A stretch of DNA of 64,000 nucleotides from Azolla caroliniana. Its lineage: Eukaryota > Plantae > Polypodiophyta. The translations under genes were made by a program, and so were the position numbers. Within the stretch, counting starts at the first letter, position 1. Every line of letters starts with the position of its first letter. Under the pieces are notes generated by a model. It was not told the origin of the DNA, made no database searches, and saw nothing but the letters and a program-made list of their open reading frames with translations. Shown one piece after another: positions 1-11,100 of this stretch. The stretch spans positions 10,788,001 through 10,852,000 of the forward strand of contig JBHGNT010000022.1 of assembly GCA_043228905.1 (NCBI GenBank). The letters are read 5' to 3'.

Positions 1-465
1 CTTCCTTCATCTTTTGCCAGCTATCTTCCGGTAGCGGAACCGCAATTGGCTTGATCTTCTTATCCACCGTTTTATATTTCGTGTTGATGTCAACCTCCTT
101 CATCGAGATGCCACGACGGTATTCATCGATGATAGCGTACATGTTGACGGAGTTAACCGAAATCACGCATTGGTTGTGAAGATAGCTCAAGTCCACGATG
201 TCCTCGATTTCGCCGATGGTGTCGTTAAATGAGACTTCTTCCATAATATGAGTCACGAACTCCCCTTCTTCTATTATGTTCTCTTCTTTCAGCATCTTCT
301 CGAATTCTTGTATCCGGTGCTTGTGCTTCTTGTCGGGTAGTACTAGTTTACATGCACCACTAGGTGTGACACATGTTGCTTCTCCTTGCAATCCACGCAC
401 TCTTCTTTCTTGTGGGGTCTTGTGATTGCTCGGACTATTTGTGCCCCATGCTTCAATAGTCCGCT

Positions 466-1296
466 CTAAAAATCCGAGGATTCGCCTCCGAGACTATCTC
501 GATTCCTTTCATGATTGGCTCGCACCGTTAGGAATTGGACCGATCTTTGGTTGTCAAGACTCTTTATTCGTGCGAAGGCTGCTCCATTATCGAACACTCT
601 GGTCTCCATCCGAGATGATGTGATATAAGGTTGCCCTAGGATGACAGGATGCGACGCCGATTCTTGTACGAAGAAGTGTTGATCCATCTCCACATCCCCA
701 ATCATGACTTTGACATTGGGACAAGCTCCGTACAAGTCCTCCGTAGACTTTGTTGCCGCGCGAATCTTCCATCCGTGGTTTGTATTGATTGGCCATCTTC
801 CCTTTTTGTAGAAGTCGGTTGACATGAGGTTGATCTCCGAGCCGTGGTCGATCAAGGCTACGACGGTCTCTTTCTTCTCCCCGATCTTCACCGGCGTCTC
901 CGTTGTCACTCGTGCCCAATGAGGTCGAGTGTAGTGGCTGTCCACCATATCTTCATCGATTTCGTCTCTTGCCATCGTTATGGCATTCGTTTTTGCTTTT
1001 TGCGGCTTCTCTTCTTCCTCGTCTGATTGTTGTCTCTTTCTCTTTACAAGGTCCACGATCGTGTCATGGAACTCCTTCTTCGTAATGGCAAGCAATTCCC
1101 TCAAGGACAAAGTTACGTGGCTATCAAGAACTCGTTCTTCGAGAATCTTCTTTAGGTCTGTCGTTTGCTCTATGTCCGACCTTAGCTTATAGGTAGGTAT
1201 AGTCCTTGTCCTCCGAGTGGGGTCTTCGACACCAACCTTCACGGGCCGCACCGTTTCTTCAACTCGTATGCTCGGCTCCCCTTTTCGGCTTGATTC
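466..1296 (-). pseudogene. Gag C-terminus/aspartic protease of the outer Gypsy
   Basis: ALIDHGSEINLM catalytic motif plus HFFVQ and VILGQPY. In frame with the upstream gag after a premature TGA at 1297-1299. Confidence 0.8.
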
Positions 1297-2309
1297 TCAT
1301 TCCTCCGTTTGTAAAGGTCGACTCGTCTCCGCATCGTCCTTCTTTTTCGCGTTCCTTGTTTCATGTCTTTTAGATGGGCCTTGCTCTTCTATTCTCTTTC
1401 TCTTTTCTTCGACGAACACCTCGTGGTTGTCGCACATCACCTCTGCGAGTATGGTGTTGTCGTCCACCGGATCCGACCACCCGGTTATGCTTTGCATGTT
1501 TCGGTCCGCAAGCTCTACCTCATTCGATGTGACTTTTCCCTTCTTCTCATATTCGAGAACGAAAGTCCAAAACTTTGCTCCCGCTCTAGTAGCTTCAGTC
1601 TTGTCTTTCCCGACTCTTATTCCGGCCGACGCAGCATAGTGCATCGCATCCACATGAGTCGCATCGGCATCCTCCATAGATTTCTTCATTCCTCCTCTTC
1701 CGAAATTCACCCGTAGGGTTCTTCTAGTCTCGCTTGAGCAGATCATGTTGTCCTCTATGTATACGATATTTTGTCGAATCGCCTCTCGAAGGCTCGCACA
1801 ATCCCTTCTCATGTGGTCCATGCTATCGCACCACACGCATCTAAAGGGTTCTTTTCCTTTAGGGCCCCGACGATTCATGTTGGCTAGCATGACCTTCTCG
1901 AACTTCTTCGCTAGCTCTTCGATGATGTCGTCATCAATCTTCTTTTCTTCCACGTTACTTTGTCTCAGCAACTCAACTACTTTCGGTGGTCTTGCTTTCT
2001 CCGTGGTAGTCGGTCCCGTCATGTCAGTGTCATCAACCCATTGGCGACGCTTGTCGAGCCTATTGCATGCCCGCTTCACCGCGATCCAGTTCGCTACGAG
2101 CCCATTTGCTTGGGTATCATCTTCGAGAAGAGTCCCCAACTCCCGTCTATCCTTTATGTCCACGGCCTTCAAGAAGTACAAAGTCTTGTCCTCTTCAAGC
2201 AACAGTTGGTCCGTATTGGGGAGACGACTAAACATCTGGTCGAATTCGTCGTACACCCTCGAGACGCTCATCTTCTTATTCTTCTTCTCTATCCACTTCA
2301 TTAGGGCAT
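1297..2309 (-). pseudogene. gag of the outer Gypsy, 3' part
   Basis: CVWCDSMDHMRRDC zinc knuckle. Joins 13123-13488 in frame (…RMTRHA|LMKWIEKK…) once the insert and one GGCAT are removed. Confidence 0.85.
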
Positions 2310-2463
2310 TGTCACGGATCATAAACTCAAGAGACAACGAAGAAGATAACCAAATGGACAAGAAAGAAGATAGTACTAAAGGAAAGACTCCATAACTGGT
2401 GTTGTTCACCTTGAATTCCTTCAAGGTGAACTCCTCTATTTATACTACATGGCATGCATACTT

Positions 2464-3078
2464 TGTTGGGAATCAACGCTTCGATTCACCTTCTTCACTC
2501 GGCCACAACCGAGTAATCGCGGATCAATGGAGCAGAAAATAGGAACCACACGAGAAACAAAAGAAACGCGAGTACACAGGGATTAACGTGGAAAACCCGG
2601 ACGGGAAAAACCACGGGAGTACAAGACTCCAAACAACACTATACAGAGAAGTATACAATGACGAGCTCCAAGGCGACGACCTTGAGCTCGCTGTCCTCGC
2701 CACAGGCGGCGGAAATACACAGAGGCGTCTACCTCTTCGTCTCTCTCGCGCTCTATCTCTCTCTCTCTCTCACGGCTGCTCTCTCTTCACTCCTCTAAAG
2801 TGGAAAAACAGAAAAATGAGAAGCAACGGTAAAACTGTTTGCCCTAAGTCATATTTATACTTATATGACTTTGGGCTATTTACAATTATAGCCTGAGGGG
2901 CCCATAGCGAACATATTCACGGATATGTCCCTGCATCCGGATCGTTCTCCGGGTACATTCGTCATCCGGTTCCGAAACCGGGGTCTTCGTCATCCGGTAC
3001 CGAAACCGATACCGGGCTTGTCGGCATTCATCTTCGGACATCCGACCATCCCATCCGAAACGGACCATAATCCCAACA
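2464..3078 (-). repeat. 3' LTR of Copia copy 1
   Basis: TGTTGGG…CCCAACA. Near-identical to 7396-8010, with one C/G difference seen (3061 vs 7993). Confidence 0.97.
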
Positions 3079-3088
3079 AACTCCCCCT

Positions 3089-6000
3089 TCACTTCGGTAT
3101 GGGATGTCTCTCCAATCCGACCCTCTTCCGGCATGCTTCCAGCTTGTCGGGTGTGAGCACCTTGGTCAGCATATCCGACCCGTTATCGTCCGTGTGGATC
3201 TTCGTCAGCACGAACTCCTTGTCTTCTATCCTTTCCCGGATCCAGTGATATCTTCGCTGGATGTGCTTCGTCCGGGAGTGATAGGCCGCGTTCTTCGCAA
3301 GGTGGATTGCACTCTGACTGTCGCAGTAGAGTCGGTACTCCTCCTGCTTGTCGGGTGTGAGCACCTTGGTCAGCATATCCGACCCGTTATCGTCCGTGTG
3401 GATCTTCGTCAGCACGAACTCCTTGTCTTCTATCCTTTCCCGGATCCAGTGATATCTTCGCTGGATGTGCTTCGTCCGGGAGTGATAGGCCGCGTTCTTC
3501 GCAAGGTGGATTGCACTCTGACTGTCGCAGTAGAGTCGGTACTCCTCCTGCCGGATACCGAGCTCTCTAATGAAGTCCTTCATCCATATTATTTCCTTGC
3601 CGGCTTCAACAGCCGCCATGTACTCCGCCTCCGTGGTTGACAGCGCAACCGTCTTCTGCAGCCTCGACTGCCATGAAACAGCTCCCCCTGCATACGTCAT
3701 CACATACCCTGATGTGGACCGGCTGGTATCTGCATCAGCCGACATATCCGAATCGGTAAAGCCGTCGAGTTCGGGCTTTCCGGAGCCGAATCGGAGGCAC
3801 ACGTTTGCTGTGCCCTTCAGGTATCGGAGTATCCACTTGGCCGCGTTCCAATGCTCTTTGCCGGGATTGCTCATGTACCGGCTCACCACTCCGACTGCAT
3901 ATCCGATGTCCGGTCTCGTACACACCATGGCGTACATCAAGCTCCCGACGGCTGAGGCATACGGCACTTTCATCATATCCTCCTTTTCAGCCTTTGTCTT
4001 GGGACTTTGCTTGCTGGACAGCTTGCAGTTTGTCGGGAGGGTCGATCCGACCGGTCTTGCTTCCGACATGTTGAACCGGTGAAGCACCTTCGTCACGTAC
4101 TTCTCCTGTGACAGCCACAACTGCTTCTTCTTCCGGTCCCGGATGATGTGCATCCCTAGTATTTGCCTCGCCGGACCCAGGTCCTTCATTGAGAAGGTTC
4201 GGTGAAGGGCCTTCTTCAGCATCCGTATCTTGACCTGGTCCCGTCCGACGATCAACATGTCGTCCACGTACAGGAGGAGTATTAGAGAGTCTCCTCCTTC
4301 AAACTTCTTCACAAACACGCAGTGGTCGGACTGCGTTTTGAGGTACCCTTCGTCGGTCATGAAGGAGTCGAACTTCCGGTACCATTGCCGGGGAGCCTGC
4401 TTCAGTCCGTAAAGGCTCTTCTTCAACCGGCATACCAGGTGCTCCTTCCCTTTCTTCTCGAATCCTTCCGGTTGCTGCATGTAGATCTCTTCATCGAGGT
4501 CACCGTGAAGGAATGCCGTCTTCACGTCCATCTGTTCTACCTCGAGGTCCATGCTTGCCGCTATGCTCAGGACCGTCCGGATGGAGGTCATCTTCACTAC
4601 CGGGGCAAATATCTCGTCGAAGTCGATGCCCTTCTTCTGCTGAAACCCCTTCACCACGATCCTGGCTTTGTATCTCGGGGGGTTTCCGGCATCTCCCGGT
4701 TTCAGCTTGAACACCCACTTGTTACGGAGTGCCCGTTTTCCTTTCGGCAACTCCACAAGTTCATATGTGTGGTTCTCATGCAGGGAATCCATCTCGTCCT
4801 GCATGGCACTCAACCACCTGCGGCTCTGGGTGTCATGCTTTGCTTCTTCAAAGCTCTCCGGCTCCCCCTCGTCGGTTAGCAGCACGTGCTCTGGTTCCGG
4901 AAATCTCCGGGGGGCCCTCCTCTCTCTTAGAGGATATCTCCGTTCCGGAGCTTCGGTAACCGGTTCTTCCGATTCTTCTTCATCCGAATCCATTTCGGGA
5001 TCGGGGCCGGTTCCGGTATCATTTTCATCTTCTTCGGCCGGTTCGGTTTCTTCACCGTCTTCGGCCGGATCCTCGAGTGCTAACCGGTCCCTTGCCGGTC
5101 GGGACTGCCCCTCGTAGAGTTGATCCTCACCGGTCGACTTGGAGCTCTTCATCTTCTTCTCCGACTCCCAGTCGGCGAGTGTCTTGTCCTCCATGAAGAC
5201 GATATCTCGACTCCTGAATATCTTCTTGTCGACCGGGTCCCATACTCGGTAGCCGAACTCGTCGTCGCCGTATCCGAGGAATATGCATGGCCGGGTCTTT
5301 GGATCTAGCTTTCCTCTCCGGTCCTTCGCCACGTGCACGTATGCGAGACACCCGAACACCTTCAGATGCCGGTAGGATACTTCCCTACCGGTCCACACTC
5401 TCTGCGGCGTGTCTCCGTCCAACGGTACTGAGGGTGATCGGTTTATCACATATGTCGCCGTCGACATTGCCTCAGCCCAAAACCCCTTGGGTAATTGCGC
5501 ATGCGCCAGCATACTCCGAACCCTCTCCATTATGGTCCGGTTCATCCTCTCGGCCAGCCCGTTCAGTTCCGGCGTCTTCGGCACAGTAAACTCGAGTCGG
5601 ATTCCCTTCGAGCGACAGTACTCCTGGAACTGCCCCCGGTATTCCCCTCCGTTATCCGCTCGTATCGCTTTCAGCTTCTTGCCGGATTCCCTTTCCACTC
5701 TCGCGTGGAGTTCTTTGAAGACGCACAACACTTGGTCCTTTGTCTTCAACGGTGCCGTCCACAGTCTTCGGCTGTGATCATCTATGAAAGTTACGAAGTA
5801 CTGGGCTCCGCCATGTGACTTCGTTTCTACCTGACACACGTCGGTGTGCACCAACTCCAATGGTGCGCTACGTCTCGTCGGTGGCCTTGAGTGGAAGGAG
5901 GTTCGGTTCTGCTTACCGGCCAGGCAGTCGGTGCACTTCTCCAGGTGCACATGCTTCACTGGAATAAGGTTGTCTTCTGCAAGCCTCTTCATCCCCTTCT

Positions 6001-7366
6001 CACTCATGTGGCACAGTCTTTTGTGCCACAGCTCACCGGCAGTGTTGGCTGCCACATTCAGCTCTTCCGGACATAACCAGGCATTCATCAGGTACAGTGT
6101 GTTGACCTTCCGGGCCCGAGCCACTATCAAGCTCCCCTTGCTGAACTTCATGACACCGTTCCGGATGCTACCCGTGTAGCCTTCATCATCTAGCCTCCCG
6201 GCCGAAATCAGGTTCAATCGAACCTCCGGAACGTGTCGGACATCCTTCAGCAGTATTTTGCATCCGGTCGGGGTTGTCAACCACACGTCTCCTATGCCGG
6301 CAATCCGGCACGTACCTTCATTTCCCATCCGAACACAGCCATGCTCACCGGCTGTGTAGGATGAGAAGTATCTTCTCTCCGGGGTCAGGTGGAACGATGC
6401 TCCGGAATCGACCACCCAGGTCGTCTCATCGCCGGCAATGTTTAGTTCACCTTCTTCGGTGATGAGCATGATCTCCTCTTCACTTGCCGCGAGTGCCGTC
6501 GTTCCTTTCCGGTCCTGTCCTCGCCGATCCGAACCATTCCGGTCCGTGGCTCCCCGGTATGCACCGTTTCTCTCCGGTGACTTCTTCAAATCGGTGTTGT
6601 CGGTTCCATTGTCTTTTCGGTAATGCCGACAATTCTTTCGGAAGTGCCCCGGTTTCCCACAGTGGAAGCATGTGGGCCTTCCTCTTGACTGCAACCGGGT
6701 CCCCGACTTCTCCCGTCTTTGCGGACTCCGGTTCCATTGTCTTCCCCGATCCGATTCGGTAAGCAGCGCCTTCGGGTCGGAGGCCGGTTCTTTATCTCTC
6801 CGACGCGCTTCTTCGTTCAAAATACTTGTCTTTACCGTTTGCAAGGACAAGTTATCTTCTGTGCAGGAGGTGCTGAGAGTCACCACCAAGTTCTCCCAGC
6901 TTTCCGGCAATGTACACATCAGGATGATGGCTTGCATTGCATCCTCCAACGGGAACTTGATCGCCGCAAGCTGATTCACGAATCCCATGAACGTGCTTAC
7001 GTGTTCCACCATACTCTCGCCGTCCCGGTACTTGAGATTCACTATCTTCCTCATCAGGGAGGTCCGGTTCAACGCATTCTTCCTCTCGTAGAGGCCCGAC
7101 AGCTTCTTCCACATCTCATATGCGTTGGTGTCGTTCGCCACATGTTGTAGGACGCTTACATCGACATATTGTCGGATCGTCGCTACGGCTTTCCGGTTCA
7201 GGAGCTTCCACTCCGACTCAAGTACCCCCTTCGGTATTTCCGACCTGTCGATCGGTTCGTACAGGTCCTGAACAATCAGAAGATCCTCCATCTTGATCTT
7301 CCAGTCGGCGTAATTCTGTGCATTCAGCACCATCATCCCCGGCTGCCCGCTGCCGCCGCCTTCCAT
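3089..7366 (-). CDS. Copia gag-pol polyprotein (1425 aa) with duplicated RNase H C-terminus
   Basis: CFHCGKPGHFRKNC knuckle, WVVDSGAS protease, LWHKRLCH and HTDV…ADNGGEY…GLAER integrase, LYVDDML RT and YCDSQSA RNase H. True ATG at 7366. Confidence 0.95.
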   Translation of the reverse strand: MEGGGSGQPGMMVLNAQNYADWKIKMEDLLIVQDLYEPIDRSEIPKGVLESEWKLLNRKAVATIRQYVDVSVLQHVANDTNAYEMWKKLSGLYERKNALNRTSLMRKIVNLKYRDGESMVEHVSTFMGFVNQLAAIKFPLEDAMQAIILMCTLPESWENLVVTLSTSCTEDNLSLQTVKTSILNEEARRRDKEPASDPKALLTESDRGRQWNRSPQRREKSGTRLQSRGRPTCFHCGKPGHFRKNCRHYRKDNGTDNTDLKKSPERNGAYRGATDRNGSDRRGQDRKGTTALAASEEEIMLITEEGELNIAGDETTWVVDSGASFHLTPERRYFSSYTAGEHGCVRMGNEGTCRIAGIGDVWLTTPTGCKILLKDVRHVPEVRLNLISAGRLDDEGYTGSIRNGVMKFSKGSLIVARARKVNTLYLMNAWLCPEELNVAANTAGELWHKRLCHMSEKGMKRLAEDNLIPVKHVHLEKCTDCLAGKQNRTSFHSRPPTRRSAPLELVHTDVCQVETKSHGGAQYFVTFIDDHSRRLWTAPLKTKDQVLCVFKELHARVERESGKKLKAIRADNGGEYRGQFQEYCRSKGIRLEFTVPKTPELNGLAERMNRTIMERVRSMLAHAQLPKGFWAEAMSTATYVINRSPSVPLDGDTPQRVWTGREVSYRHLKVFGCLAYVHVAKDRRGKLDPKTRPCIFLGYGDDEFGYRVWDPVDKKIFRSRDIVFMEDKTLADWESEKKMKSSKSTGEDQLYEGQSRPARDRLALEDPAEDGEETEPAEEDENDTGTGPDPEMDSDEEESEEPVTEAPERRYPLRERRAPRRFPEPEHVLLTDEGEPESFEEAKHDTQSRRWLSAMQDEMDSLHENHTYELVELPKGKRALRNKWVFKLKPGDAGNPPRYKARIVVKGFQQKKGIDFDEIFAPVVKMTSIRTVLSIAASMDLEVEQMDVKTAFLHGDLDEEIYMQQPEGFEKKGKEHLVCRLKKSLYGLKQAPRQWYRKFDSFMTDEGYLKTQSDHCVFVKKFEGGDSLILLLYVDDMLIVGRDQVKIRMLKKALHRTFSMKDLGPARQILGMHIIRDRKKKQLWLSQEKYVTKVLHRFNMSEARPVGSTLPTNCKLSSKQSPKTKAEKEDMMKVPYASAVGSLMYAMVCTRPDIGYAVGVVSRYMSNPGKEHWNAAKWILRYLKGTANVCLRFGSGKPELDGFTDSDMSADADTSRSTSGYVMTYAGGAVSWQSRLQKTVALSTTEAEYMAAVEAGKEIIWMKDFIRELGIRQEEYRLYCDSQSAIHLAKNAAYHSRTKHIQRRYHWIRERIEDKEFVLTKIHTDDNGSDMLTKVLTPDKQEEYRLYCDSQSAIHLAKNAAYHSRTKHIQRRYHWIRERIEDKEFVLTKIHTDDNGSDMLTKVLTPDKLEACRKRVGLERHPIPK
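3142..3551. repeat. 204-bp in-frame tandem duplication
   Basis: 3142-3345 is repeated at 3346-3549, giving a 68-aa repeat in the protein. It is absent from copy 2. Confidence 0.95.
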
Positions 7367-7380
7367 TTTCTGCAACAGTC

Positions 7381-7392
7381 GCTCTGATACCA
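7381..7392 (-). promoter_or_regulatory. Primer binding site, initiator tRNA-Met
   Basis: TGGTATCAGAGC lies 3 nt inside the 5' LTR. Confidence 0.95.
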
Positions 7393-7395
7393 GAT

Positions 7396-8010
7396 TGTTG
7401 GGAATCAACGCTTCGATTCACCTTCTTCACTCGGCCACAACCGAGTAATCGCGGATCAATGGAGCAGAAAATAGGAACCACACGAGAAACAAAAGAAACG
7501 CGAGTACACAGGGATTAACGTGGAAAACCCGGACGGGAAAAACCACGGGAGTACAAGACTCCAAACAACACTATACAGAGAAGTATACAATGACGAGCTC
7601 CAAGGCGACGACCTTGAGCTCGCTGTCCTCGCCACAGGCGGCGGAAATACACAGAGGCGTCTACCTCTTCGTCTCTCTCGCGCTCTATCTCTCTCTCTCT
7701 CTCACGGCTGCTCTCTCTTCACTCCTCTAAAGTGGAAAAACAGAAAAATGAGAAGCAACGGTAAAACTGTTTGCCCTAAGTCATATTTATACTTATATGA
7801 CTTTGGGCTATTTACAATTATAGCCTGAGGGGCCCATAGCGAACATATTCACGGATATGTCCCTGCATCCGGATCGTTCTCCGGGTACATTCGTCATCCG
7901 GTTCCGAAACCGGGGTCTTCGTCATCCGGTACCGAAACCGATACCGGGCTTGTCGGCATTCATCTTCGGACATCCGACCATCCCATCCGAAAGGGACCAT
8001 AATCCCAACA
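7396..8010 (-). repeat. 5' LTR of Copia copy 1
   Basis: Direct repeat of 2464-3078, adjacent to the PBS. Confidence 0.97.
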
Positions 8011-8177
8011 TACTTGTTGCACGCATGTGAATCTACAATAGAGCATGTAGGTATGCATGCATGTGCCAAGTGTAAATACTACAAGGGAGCAACTATGCAC
8101 ATGATGCTAGCAAAATAATAAGGAACAATTACATACATAACTAGTACTAGATATCTTGGTTAACTCATAATAGTAGA

Positions 8178-11100
8178 TTATAACATGGTCGTGTCAAGAG
8201 TTCGAATCTTGACATTATCCCCCCTCTTACGCCGCCGGCTTCCCAAATCGGCCGCTGGTTTGTGGGGATATCGGTGATGAAAATCTTGGACGACCTCTGG
8301 GGCATTTTGTAAATTTGCCGATGGTTCCCATGTGGCCTCAGACATGGGGTAACCCCTCCATAGGACGAGGTATTGCAAGTGTCGACGGTGCCAACGCGAG
8401 TCAAGGATTTGGTCGACCTCGTATTCCTCCCCTGTCGTCAATTGCACAGGTGGTGGTGGTGGGGCTTGACGTCCTGGGAGTTGTGAAGCATAATGGGGTT
8501 CGAGGAGGGAGACATGAAAAACATCGTGAATCCGGAAGTGGGATGGAAGGGCGAGCCGGAAGGCGACGAGATTGATGCACTCGATGATACGGAATGGTCC
8601 CAACTTCTTGTAATCAAGTTTCGCACATGGACGAGTAGTAGAGATGTGTCGACATAACAACCAGACCATGTCTCCAACGACAAAGTGTGGAGTGGAAGAT
8701 CGATGGCGATCAGCCTGCTTCTTGTATCGTTCATTAGCAAGACTAAGCTCCAAGGATAAATCATGATGTACTTCTTCCAAAATGCGGGCACGATCCTCCG
8801 CCGAAGGGTTCACGGAAGTGGTAGGAAGGGAAATGTTGAAGCGAGGATGTAAACCGTAGTTGGCAAAGAAGGGAGTGACGCCAGTCGATGCATGGAGAGA
8901 ATTATTGTAGGCGAATTCCGCGAGCGAAAGTAAGTTGACCCAATCATCTTGTTGGTAACTAACCGAGCACCGAAGATACTGCTCAAGGATTTGGTTGACA
9001 CGCTCCGTTTGCCCGTCAGTTTGGGGGTGATAAGCGGAGGACAACTTGACAGAGATGCCTAAAGTTTGTAGCAGGCGCTGCCAGAAGTGAGAGACAAACT
9101 GGGGTCCGCGATCCAAGATGACATCATCGGGGAGTCCATGCAAGCGTACTACATTGTTGAGTAGGAGATGTACCATTCCTTCTCCGGAAATGGTTTTGGA
9201 GCATGGAGTGAAGTGAGCCATCTTCGTAAACCGATCGACAATGACCAACACCGAGTCATAGCTATTGACCAAGGGTAGATCAGTTATCAGGTCCATAGAG
9301 ATAGAGGCCCAAGGACGACGAGGACATGGAAGCGGCTGTAGTAAGCCGTATGGCCGATGATGAATGGCTTTGGAGCGAGCACAAACCTCACAACTCTTTA
9401 TGTATTCTTTGACCAGCTTCCATGGTTGTGGCCACCAAGACCCCCGAGAGATTAGCTCGAGGGTTTTCGCGACCCCGAAATGACCTGCAAGGGGGTCATC
9501 GTGGCATTCCCGCAACACTCGAGTGCGACATGGGCCCTCTGGGACGTATAAGAGATGATCTCGGAACAACAAACCCTCTTGTATGGTGAAGGTGTCAAGA
9601 TCCTTCCTTTTGGTCGCCTTGGAGGGGTTTTGCAAACTATCTTGAATCTCGTTGGCGAACGCATCGGTCTTGGATGCATCAATGATTTGTTGGAGTAAAG
9701 AATCATCCTGCAACATACAAGTGGCAAACAGATGCAATTGGTCGGGTTTCAACAAACATCTAGATTGTTGAGCATAAGCAGCATCCCCAGGGCGGAGTGC
9801 AAGGTCAGCTCGGGGAGAAAGGGCATCAGCCTTCCCATGTTGGCCACCAGGTCGAAATACGATCTCAAAATCGTAGTCGGCGAGAAATGTAGACCAACGG
9901 GCCTGCCTTCGATTCAAAGTACGAGTGGTGGAAAAATAAACTAAATTTTTATGATCAGTCACTACCTGGACACGATGTTGTGCGCCGGCCAAGTAGGGTC
10001 GCCATTCTTCAAAGGCAGCAATGATAGCAGCAAGCTCCTTGTCGTAAATAGGATAATTGATTTCGAATGCCGTAAATTTTCGGGAATAGTACGCCACTGG
10101 GTGCATTAGGTTGTTGTCGTCTGCTTGGGATAAGATGGCGCCAATGGCAAAGTCAGAGGCATCGGTTTCGACTTGGAAGGGTTTTGTGGGGTCGGCATGT
10201 AGCAGCACCGGGGCAGTGATGAATGCGTGTTTGAGTGAGTCAAACGCATTTTGTGCCTCCGAGGTCCATAAAAATGGAGTGCCTTTATGGGTGAGAGCGA
10301 TAAGAGGTTTTGCTAGGGTGGAAAACCCCTTGATGAAGCGACGGTAAAAATTCGCGAAGCCGAGGAAGGATTGCACATCTTTAAGTCGCCTTGGAGTCGC
10401 CCACGCCTGAATGACAGAGACCTTCTTCATATCCATGGTGATGCCAGTGGGCGAGATGATGTAGCCCAGAAATTCGATCGAGGTACGGTCGAACTCGCAT
10501 TTCTCGCCTTTGGCATAAAGGCCATGCTCGCGAAGTTTGGCCAGAACTAATTGGACTTGGCGAGTGTGCTCCTCCATGTTTGGCGAGAAAATGAGAATAT
10601 CATCGAGGTAAATGACAACAAAAAGATCAAGATATTCCCGGAAAATATCGTTCATCATATGTTGAAAAACTGCGGGAGCGTTAGTAAGACCAGAAGGCAT
10701 TACCTTGTATTCGAAATGCCCATACCGTGTTCGAAATGCGGTTTTCCATTCATCCCCCAGCTTGATGCGTACTAGATTGTACGCGCCACGTAGATCAACT
10801 TTGGAGAAGACACGCGCAACTCGGAGCCGATCAAGGAGTTCGGGGATCAGAGGTAGCAGATAGCGGTTGCACACAGTGAGTTTGTTGAGACCTCGGTAGT
10901 CGACGCATAAGCGTAGAGAGCTGTCCTTCTTCTTCACAAATAAAATGGGGGCCCCGGCTGGTGACTTAGAAGGTTGAATAAAGCCTTTCTCGAGGTTCTC
11001 ATCAAGATATACACGAAGGGCCTTCAACTCTGGTGCAGACAACGCATATAGAGGACCAAAGGGTGGACACGCACCTTCTTGAAGATCAATCGGACAGTCA

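Larger units (their letters stand above)
2464..8010 (-). mobile_element. Ty1/Copia LTR retrotransposon (Tnt1/Tork-like), intact, copy 1
   Basis: 615-bp LTRs at 2464-3078 and 7396-8010. TSD TACTT at 2459-2463 and 8011-8015. Met-i PBS and PPT AGGGGGAG. Single open gag-pol. Confidence 0.97.
2310..8214 (-). repeat. 3' LTR of the chromovirus, split by the Copia insertion
   Basis: 154 bp + 199 bp match 12770-13122. One C/G difference seen (2350 vs 12810). Confidence 0.95.

Noticed and set aside
2310-2424. N-terminus of the 375-aa track ORF
   Set aside because: It is chromovirus LTR sequence. The real gag N-terminus is at 13123-13488.
2588-2896. 102-aa ORF repeated at 7520 (and similar ORFs at 40453 and 45220)
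   Set aside because: Antisense ORFs inside Copia LTRs with no domain features.
3104-7150. Many overlapping plus-strand ORFs
   Set aside because: Shadow ORFs of the GC-rich Copia polyprotein. The same applies at 41132-45223.
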